From NCBI GenBank assembly GCA_964646465.1, contig CAZYEN010000029.1, positions 2,670 through 66,669 on the forward strand: DNA of 64,000 bases. Direction: 5' to 3'. Of the stretch, positions 57,910 to 64,000 are shown in pieces; the stretch's first letter is position 1, and the number at the start of each line of letters is the position of its first letter. Source of the DNA: an uncultured Candidatus Saccharibacteria bacterium. GTDB lineage: Bacteria; Patescibacteriota; Minisyncoccia; SW-4-49-11. The notes beneath the pieces were generated by a model. It made no database searches. It was not told where the DNA came from and worked only from the letters and a program-made list of their open reading frames with translations. A program made the position numbers and the translations under genes.

Positions 57910-58730
57910 GAAAAACTTATATTCCAAAGACATATAATAGAAATGAAAAAACAATTGCTAGGTCTAAATCTAGAAATTTAATTATAGATTTATTAAAGTT
58001 TATAATGGTAGCCTTGATAATAGGTGGAATTGGATATATATTGTATTCACCAATTTTAAATATAATTCGTTTTGAAGTTAACTTAGAAGACGCAGTACTG
58101 AAAGATGACATTATATCTAGAACACAAAACCTGGTAGAAGATCAAACTTATTGGTGGTATAATAATAAGAATATAATTTTACTAAAAGCTAAAGAATTAG
58201 AAAAATACTTATTACAAGAGTTTCCACAAATTAAAAGTGCTGTAATTAAAAGAAATTTATTTGATAGAGTGATAGATTTAGATATTATACTTAGAACTGC
58301 TACTTTTTATAGTTGTTATGATGAGATCTGCTATAATATAAGTGAAGATGGCTTTAATATGGGGGCTAATCCAGTTTTAGATGCAAACTTAGTTGAAATA
58401 AAAGGATTATCTACAAAACAAGTTGGAGAAACATTTCTCTCGGAAAGAGAAATGAATTGGCTTAAGAATATTGTAGAGGAATACAATACAATAGATAATA
58501 TTAAAATTAATACTATTTATATTCAGCAAAAATCTAAAGATAGTATAGATAGTGTTTTGGTCTATACAGAAAAGGGATATTATATTATGCTAGATTTAGA
58601 TACAGATATAATTTATCAGGCACAAGTATTAAAGCAAGTATTTATTTCTCAAATTCCTTTAGAGAGGCAAAATTCATTAGAGTATATTGATTTGAGAATA
58701 AAAGATAGAGCTTATTATAAATTCAAGTAA
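57906..58730 (+). CDS. FtsQ/DivIB-like cell-division protein (single TM plus POTRA-like), tentative
   Basis: The topology is a cytoplasmic N-terminus, one TM helix, then a region with an (IRF)EVN.....L..L..FP.IKSA.IKR profile. Confidence 0.4.
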   Translation: MRKTYIPKTYNRNEKTIARSKSRNLIIDLLKFIMVALIIGGIGYILYSPILNIIRFEVNLEDAVLKDDIISRTQNLVEDQTYWWYNNKNIILLKAKELEKYLLQEFPQIKSAVIKRNLFDRVIDLDIILRTATFYSCYDEICYNISEDGFNMGANPVLDANLVEIKGLSTKQVGETFLSEREMNWLKNIVEEYNTIDNIKINTIYIQQKSKDSIDSVLVYTEKGYYIMLDLDTDIIYQAQVLKQVFISQIPLERQNSLEYIDLRIKDRAYYKFK

Positions 58731-58733
58731 TCT

Positions 58734-60524
58734 ATGTTGAATAAGTTATTACAAGTATATAATAAAACTCCATTATGGGTTTTTATCTTAGGTTTAACTT
58801 TAATTTTAGGAGTTTTGGCTTTTGGATCTAGTGCTGGAGATTCTTTGACTGTAGATGAAAGTCCACATATTGTAGCGGGGTATTCTTATGTAGTTGAGGG
58901 TGATTATCGTTTAAATCCAGAACATCCGCCACTGCTAAAATTATTATCAGGGATATCTATTTGGTTAGGGGATAAATTAACTTCTCAAAATATATATTTT
59001 CCTAACAATATACCGGCCTGGAATGAAAAGGTTAATGCTCAATGGGATATGGGTTATGAACTCTTATTTCAATCTGGAAATGATGCCGATACTATAATTT
59101 GGTGGGCTAGATTACCTACAATTCTAATTTTATTGTTGGGAGTTGTATGTATTGCGTATTCAGTCAATTATCATACAAAGAGTAAAAGTATTGCTATTAT
59201 TAGTAGTGTTTTGTATGTTTTTTCGCCAAATGTGATTGCTCATGGCAGATTAGTGACTACGGATTTAATCGCGAGTCTAACCTTTTTAGTAGTGATAGAT
59301 TTTTGGATTAGATATCTTAAAATTCCTAGTTGGAGACATATTATATATCTGACTTTAGCCATAGGCATAGCTTTCTTAGCTAAATTTTCCACAATACTAT
59401 TAATTCCATTAATGATATTGACTGGTTTTAGTTATATATTTATAAAATATTGGAAGGATAAAAGATTAATTTTTAAAAATATAATTTTAATACGAGATTT
59501 TATAATTATTGGTCTTGGGGTCTTTATAATAATAAATTTAGTTTATTTTATTACAATGCGTAATATGAGTCTAGATACTCAGCTGAGGTTAGTACAAGAA
59601 TCTTTTCCACAAGAAAATCAGATTTCTGATTTAACTAAACAAGGTTTATCTAATATTATTCAAACCCCATCTCTTAGATATTTTGGACAATACATGCTAG
59701 GTCAGGCTATGGTGATTCAGAGAGTCGGAGGCGGGAACACAACCTTTTTATTAGGTGAGTTTACCAACCAAAGTTTTATAGAGTATTTCCCACTAACCTA
59801 TTTACTAAAAGAAAATCTAGCGGCCATTCTTAGCTTATTTAGTATATTATTAATATCAGTAATTAAATTAACACATATATTTAGAGATAAAAAAATTAAT
59901 CTCAAGTCTAGGATTCTTAATAATTGGTATCTAATTACCATTATCTGTATGATAGCAATATACTGGATAATTAGTGTTAGAGGTAATCTAAATCTAGGGA
60001 TTAGACATATTTTACCAGCTGTTATTTTGACCTATATTGTTATTGCTTTTGGAATTGTCAAATTACTAATACCTATGAAATTTTCTAGGGTAATATTAGG
60101 GATATTTTTATCTTGGTATATTTTAGCTGCAATATTGACATATCCAAACTATATTTCAAGTTTGAATATATTAGCTGGTCAAAATCAAGGATATCAAACT
60201 TTCACAGATTCCAACTTAGATTGGGGACAAGATTTGAAAAGACTAAATAATTGGACTAAACAAAAAAACATTGATACACTATATATAGATTATTTTGGTA
60301 CTGGAGATGTGAAATATTATCTGCCTGATATCAACATAATACCCATTAAGTCAACTGATGGCCCACAAATTGGGTACACGGCAATTAGCGCCACTATGTT
60401 TCAAGATTCTTTCTATAATAGACAAAATGACCCATATTATCAAGAATATTGGTGGTTAGTATGGAGAAGGCCGGACTATATTATAGGAAATTCCATTCTA
60501 ATTTATTATAATGACAAATATTAA
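58734..60524 (+). CDS. GT39/GT83-like polytopic glycosyltransferase (PMT/ArnT-type)
   Basis: DESPHIVAGY...EHPPL lies in the first loop, and the protein has 10 or more TM helices. Confidence 0.7.
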   Translation: MLNKLLQVYNKTPLWVFILGLTLILGVLAFGSSAGDSLTVDESPHIVAGYSYVVEGDYRLNPEHPPLLKLLSGISIWLGDKLTSQNIYFPNNIPAWNEKVNAQWDMGYELLFQSGNDADTIIWWARLPTILILLLGVVCIAYSVNYHTKSKSIAIISSVLYVFSPNVIAHGRLVTTDLIASLTFLVVIDFWIRYLKIPSWRHIIYLTLAIGIAFLAKFSTILLIPLMILTGFSYIFIKYWKDKRLIFKNIILIRDFIIIGLGVFIIINLVYFITMRNMSLDTQLRLVQESFPQENQISDLTKQGLSNIIQTPSLRYFGQYMLGQAMVIQRVGGGNTTFLLGEFTNQSFIEYFPLTYLLKENLAAILSLFSILLISVIKLTHIFRDKKINLKSRILNNWYLITIICMIAIYWIISVRGNLNLGIRHILPAVILTYIVIAFGIVKLLIPMKFSRVILGIFLSWYILAAILTYPNYISSLNILAGQNQGYQTFTDSNLDWGQDLKRLNNWTKQKNIDTLYIDYFGTGDVKYYLPDINIIPIKSTDGPQIGYTAISATMFQDSFYNRQNDPYYQEYWWLVWRRPDYIIGNSILIYYNDKY

Positions 60525-60532
60525 ACAAATTT

Positions 60533-60997
60533 ATGCCAGAAATACCTAATAATACTGAAAATAATATTATTGAACAAAGTCAACACTCAATAGAGAGGCA
60601 GACTGAAAGTTTAAATTCAATAGAATATATTAAATCTGAATTTAATATAGAAACAGCTCAACCCAGAGTGGAGCAGCCTGTTGTGTATGAGAACGAGAAA
60701 CATATAAAGCAAGTTGTAGAAACTCAGAAACAAATATATCAATCCAATATATCTAATAAGCAGCTCTCAGATAAGATCCAAGAAAAATATAGTTGGCTCT
60801 TAAGTATTCCAGAAGCAAATAGAATAGATGTTTCTGTCAAACTGATTACCACCAAAGGAAAAGATATATTAGAAGTGATTCATGCCTTCTTGGCGATTGA
60901 GGATTATGTATCACTAGATAGGTTAGAAGAAAGTCTCAATGCAATTTACCCTACTCTAGTAAGTGAGGGTTTGCTTCCCGATGTACACGATAAATAA
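60533..60997 (+). CDS. Hypothetical protein
   Basis: A 154-aa ORF immediately upstream of the TraD-like ATPase gene. Confidence 0.4.
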   Translation: MPEIPNNTENNIIEQSQHSIERQTESLNSIEYIKSEFNIETAQPRVEQPVVYENEKHIKQVVETQKQIYQSNISNKQLSDKIQEKYSWLLSIPEANRIDVSVKLITTKGKDILEVIHAFLAIEDYVSLDRLEESLNAIYPTLVSEGLLPDVHDK

Positions 60998-61005
60998 AAT
61001 TTATT

Positions 61006-63429
61006 ATGCTTACAGTTCTATATATAATTCTAATCATTTGGGCAGTAGCTATGATATATCTAATTACTAATTTGATTGTTCAGCCCTTTTGGGAAAAAAG
61101 AAGAGTAAATAGAGGTCTATCAATGACACAATATCAGATTATTGTTCCTCGTAACATCCCTAAACCTGAGTCTAATATCAAAGATCTGATTAGTATAATG
61201 GAACAAGTTTATGCTAGTTTTTCTTATCTAAAATTAGAAAACTTTATAAATAGAATTCGTTATAGTAATCCATATATATCTCTTGAAATCGTTAGTCCAA
61301 CTGAGAGAGATGAGATTAACTTTTATATTGGTGTGCCTAAAGGCTATGAGTCTATTTTTGAGAAACAAATTCATGGAGTATATCCTGAAGCTGAATTAAA
61401 AAGAATTACCGATTATAATGTTCTCGTGCCAGGAGCAGAGATTAGAGCTGGTTACCTAAAACTAAAAAAACCTTACGTTTTACCAGTTAAAACCTATAGA
61501 GAGTTGGAATCAAACCCTTTGAATGTTATAACTTCAGCTTTATCTAAAATTCAGGAAGATGAAAGTGCGGTCGTCCAGATCTTAATTCAAAGGATATCTG
61601 ATAATTGGATTGATAATGGACAAAAAGTAATGAAAAAGATGCAAAAAGGGGAGTCTTTCAAAGACGCTTACTCTGATGTTTTTGGAAGTTTAGATAGACA
61701 ATTTATCAAGACTTTAGGTCAAGTTACAAAATCAAAGAACCTTTCAGAAAATGAACCTAAAATACTATTACCTCAAGAATCTGTGATGTTAGAAAAAATT
61801 AGTCAGAAGACTTCTAAGGTAGCTTACGCAACTAATATTAGGCTATTAACTATATCTAAAGACAAGCATAGAGCAGATATGTTATTTGACCAGCTAGAAG
61901 GAGCTTTCGCTCAATTTGCTAACGGAGATCTGAATGAATTTAAGGTTGTTAAGTATCCAATTTATAATGTCAAACAATTCATCTATACATTTATATTTAG
62001 GTTATTCTCCGGCAAAGAGGCTATGATTTTGAATACTGAAGAGTTAACTAGTATCTATCATATCCCAGCTGTCGGAGTGGAGACGCCTAAAGTTACTTGG
62101 ATTACTTCCAAAACCTCACACCCTCCAGTAGATCTACCAAAAACAGGATTATTAATTGGTAAGAATATATATAGAGGAGAAGAAGTGGAAATTCGAATGA
62201 AAGAAGAAGACCGTAGGAGGCATATGTATCTGATTGGACAAACTGGAACGGGTAAAAGCTCTTTGATGAAAAAAATGATTCAAGAAGATTTAGAATCAGG
62301 ACATGGGTTAGCTTTACTTGATCCTAATGGAGACTTTGCAGTAGAGGTGTTAGGAATGATACCAGAGCATCGTATGAATGATGTTATTTACTTTAACCCT
62401 GCTGATACTCAATATCCAATGGGACTTAATATTCTTGAAGCTCGTATCCATGAAGAAAAAGACTTCTTGATTCAAGAAATGATTTCTATATTCTATAAAT
62501 TAGTCTCTGACCCTAGTATGATAGGTCCAATTTTTGAGCATAATATGCGAATGGCAATGGCAGCTTTAATGTCTGATGTTAATAATCCTAGAACTTTAGT
62601 TGAAATCCCTTTGATGTTTACAGACGAAGCTTTTAGAAGAGAAGTGTTATTAACTGTAGATGATCCAGTGATTAGACATTTCTGGGAAAAAGAATTTCCA
62701 GCTACTCAAAAAGGCTCCCAAGCAGGAGATACTTTAGGATATCTTTTGAGTAAATTAGGAAGATTTATTGAAAATGAAATGGTGAGAAACATAATTGGAC
62801 AATCTAGGTCAGCTTTTGATTTTCAAGATATTATGAATTCAGGTAAAATTTTGATTGGCAATTTATCCAAAGGGGGCTTAGGAGAACAAAATAGTAATCT
62901 ATTAGGTATGTTATTAGTCTCCAAATTGCAAATGGCGGCTTTTAAGCGAAATGAAATTCCAGAAGAGCAAAGACGAGACTTCTATCTTTATCTAGATGAG
63001 TTCCAAAACTTCACAACAGACAGCATCTCTACCATATTATCAGAAGCTCGTAAATATAGATTATGTCTAATTCTGGCTCACCAATATATAGGGCAATTAT
63101 CTGATGGAATTAGGAATGCAGTCTTTGGAAATGTTGGAACTGTTGTAAGTTTCAGGATTAGCTCCGATGATGCTGAAATTATAGCTCAAAGAATGCAACC
63201 ATATTATACAGTTGAAGATTTAGTGTTAATAGATAATCTTAAAGCAGTAATTACTTTAATGATTGATGGTAAAACCAGTAAAGCTTTTAATATGGAAGTA
63301 ATCTTTGCCAATAAATCAGATTTATCTCTACAACAAACGGTAATCATGCAATCAAGGCAAAAATATGCAAAACCAGTAGCTGAGATTAGAGCAGATATTG
63401 AGAGTCGCACCCATAGTATGTTACAATAA
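61006..63429 (+). CDS. TraD/TraG/VirD4-like coupling-protein ATPase (T4SS DNA-binding domain family)
   Basis: An N-terminal TM helix, Walker A GQTGTGKSS, Walker B LYLDEFQNF, and a TraG-D_C-like region LILAHQYIGQL...VSFRIS. Confidence 0.65.
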   Translation: MLTVLYIILIIWAVAMIYLITNLIVQPFWEKRRVNRGLSMTQYQIIVPRNIPKPESNIKDLISIMEQVYASFSYLKLENFINRIRYSNPYISLEIVSPTERDEINFYIGVPKGYESIFEKQIHGVYPEAELKRITDYNVLVPGAEIRAGYLKLKKPYVLPVKTYRELESNPLNVITSALSKIQEDESAVVQILIQRISDNWIDNGQKVMKKMQKGESFKDAYSDVFGSLDRQFIKTLGQVTKSKNLSENEPKILLPQESVMLEKISQKTSKVAYATNIRLLTISKDKHRADMLFDQLEGAFAQFANGDLNEFKVVKYPIYNVKQFIYTFIFRLFSGKEAMILNTEELTSIYHIPAVGVETPKVTWITSKTSHPPVDLPKTGLLIGKNIYRGEEVEIRMKEEDRRRHMYLIGQTGTGKSSLMKKMIQEDLESGHGLALLDPNGDFAVEVLGMIPEHRMNDVIYFNPADTQYPMGLNILEARIHEEKDFLIQEMISIFYKLVSDPSMIGPIFEHNMRMAMAALMSDVNNPRTLVEIPLMFTDEAFRREVLLTVDDPVIRHFWEKEFPATQKGSQAGDTLGYLLSKLGRFIENEMVRNIIGQSRSAFDFQDIMNSGKILIGNLSKGGLGEQNSNLLGMLLVSKLQMAAFKRNEIPEEQRRDFYLYLDEFQNFTTDSISTILSEARKYRLCLILAHQYIGQLSDGIRNAVFGNVGTVVSFRISSDDAEIIAQRMQPYYTVEDLVLIDNLKAVITLMIDGKTSKAFNMEVIFANKSDLSLQQTVIMQSRQKYAKPVAEIRADIESRTHSMLQ

Positions 63430-63448
63430 AATTTATTAAATAATATTT

Positions 63449-64000
63449 ATGATTAATATTTGTCTTACCGGAATTAAACCCACAGGAAGTTTGCATATTG
63501 GTAACTATTTTGGAGCTATGAAACCCATTTTAGAGCTATCTAAACAAGCTGAATTTGATAGAACTTTAGTATTTATAGCTAATTTACATTCGCTTAATAG
63601 TATTAAAGATGGGGAAACTCTGCGAACCTATACCCAAGACATTGCGCTTGATTATTTAGCATTAGATTTAGATTTAGCTAAAACAAGTTTATTTTTACAA
63701 TCAGACATTAAACCGCTGACTGAGCTTACATGGATATTCAATAATCTAGTTACAGTCGCTTATTTAGAGAGGTCTCATGCCTATAAAGATGCAATTGATA
63801 ATGGCAAAGAAGCCAATATGGGATTATTTGACTATCCGGTTTTGATGGCAGCAGATATTTTATTGTATCAATCCAATGTAGTACCAGTGGGACAAGACCA
63901 AAAACAACATATTGAAATTGCTCAAACTATAGCCAAAAAATTCAACTCTCAATATGGTCAATTCTTCATCATCCCCAAACCGTATATTCAAGAAAATACA
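63449..64000 (+). CDS. trpS: Tryptophanyl-tRNA synthetase, partial (3' end beyond window)
   Basis: My own translation from the ATG at 63449 gives TGIKPTGSLHIGNY (HIGH) and YPVLMAADIL, with no stop before the window ends. Confidence 0.85.
   Translation, partial: MINICLTGIKPTGSLHIGNYFGAMKPILELSKQAEFDRTLVFIANLHSLNSIKDGETLRTYTQDIALDYLALDLDLAKTSLFLQSDIKPLTELTWIFNNLVTVAYLERSHAYKDAIDNGKEANMGLFDYPVLMAADILLYQSNVVPVGQDQKQHIEIAQTIAKKFNSQYGQFFIIPKPYIQENT

Noticed and set aside
37029-63410. ORFs 37029-37277, 43323-43538, 45315-45500, 48912-49127, 57917-58111 and 63204-63410
   Set aside because: They are short antisense or overlapping ORFs inside tsaE, the LCP gene, ctpA, the phytoene-synthase-like gene, the FtsQ-like gene and the TraD-like gene.
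1-64000. Alternative genetic code (UGA=Gly, code 25), as used in some CPR lineages
   Set aside because: The long conserved genes are uninterrupted under the standard code. These include leuS at 989 aa, the P-type ATPase at 903 aa, atpA at 610 aa, and recA, and their conserved motifs are in frame.

Overview
This window is an AT-rich bacterial chromosomal segment, about 30% GC, with dense, mostly co-directional gene clusters. It uses the standard genetic code: long ORFs such as LeuRS, V-ATPase A and the P-type ATPase are intact, so UGA is not recoded. The gene content suggests a small-genome bacterium with a Gram-positive-like envelope, possibly of the CPR/Patescibacteria type. That is an inference from the LCP protein, Fem-like transferase, VanW protein, CtpA, GT39 transferase, the PilB secretion-type ATPase and the TraD-like ATPase.

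Recognisable content:
- An ABC-2 exporter.
- A COG0523 (CobW-like) GTPase translationally coupled to a CooC/MinD-like P-loop ATPase, behind a perfect 14-3-14 palindrome that resembles a Zur/Fur box.
- An orphan histidine kinase.
- A P-type cation ATPase.
- A secreted ricin-type lectin protein followed by four small paralogous membrane proteins.
- A small accessory patch with a T5orf172/DUF4357 protein, a helix-turn-helix (HTH) protein and a solitary MazF/PemK toxin.
- A complete nine-gene A/V-type ATPase operon (G-I-K-E-C-F-A-B-D) with a consensus sigma-70 promoter.
- A CCA-adding enzyme and tRNA-Thr(CGT).
- CysRS, a VanW-like protein, a Fem-like protein, a PfkB kinase and TsaE.
- A 999-aa tandem-fused double PilB/GspE ATPase.
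- A pgk-GT4-LCP-GT2-ctpA operon.
- A Nudix gene followed by an INS-less ProRS.
- A polyprenyl synthase paired with a squalene/phytoene synthase.
- RecA and two tandem dPGM-family paralogs.
- A LeuRS carrying an inserted MutT-like Nudix domain.
- An alpha-glucan phosphorylase, L27, an FtsQ-like protein, a GT39 transferase, a TraD/VirD4-like ATPase and the 5' end of TrpRS.

The most unusual observations:
1. LeuRS carries a Nudix domain, and a second Nudix gene sits in an operon with ProRS.
2. The PilB ATPase is a tandem fusion of two complete units.
3. GC-rich hairpin repeat clusters stand out in an otherwise AT-rich genome. They include a ~44-bp inverted-repeat pair bracketing the V-ATPase, CCA, tRNA-Thr and MazF block.
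4. A minus-strand promoter-hairpin-terminator unit around 722-958 looks like a structured RNA or leader.
5. Two compositionally foreign single-gene islands (~40% and ~50% GC) are present.

No rRNA, CRISPR array or recognisable transposase was found.
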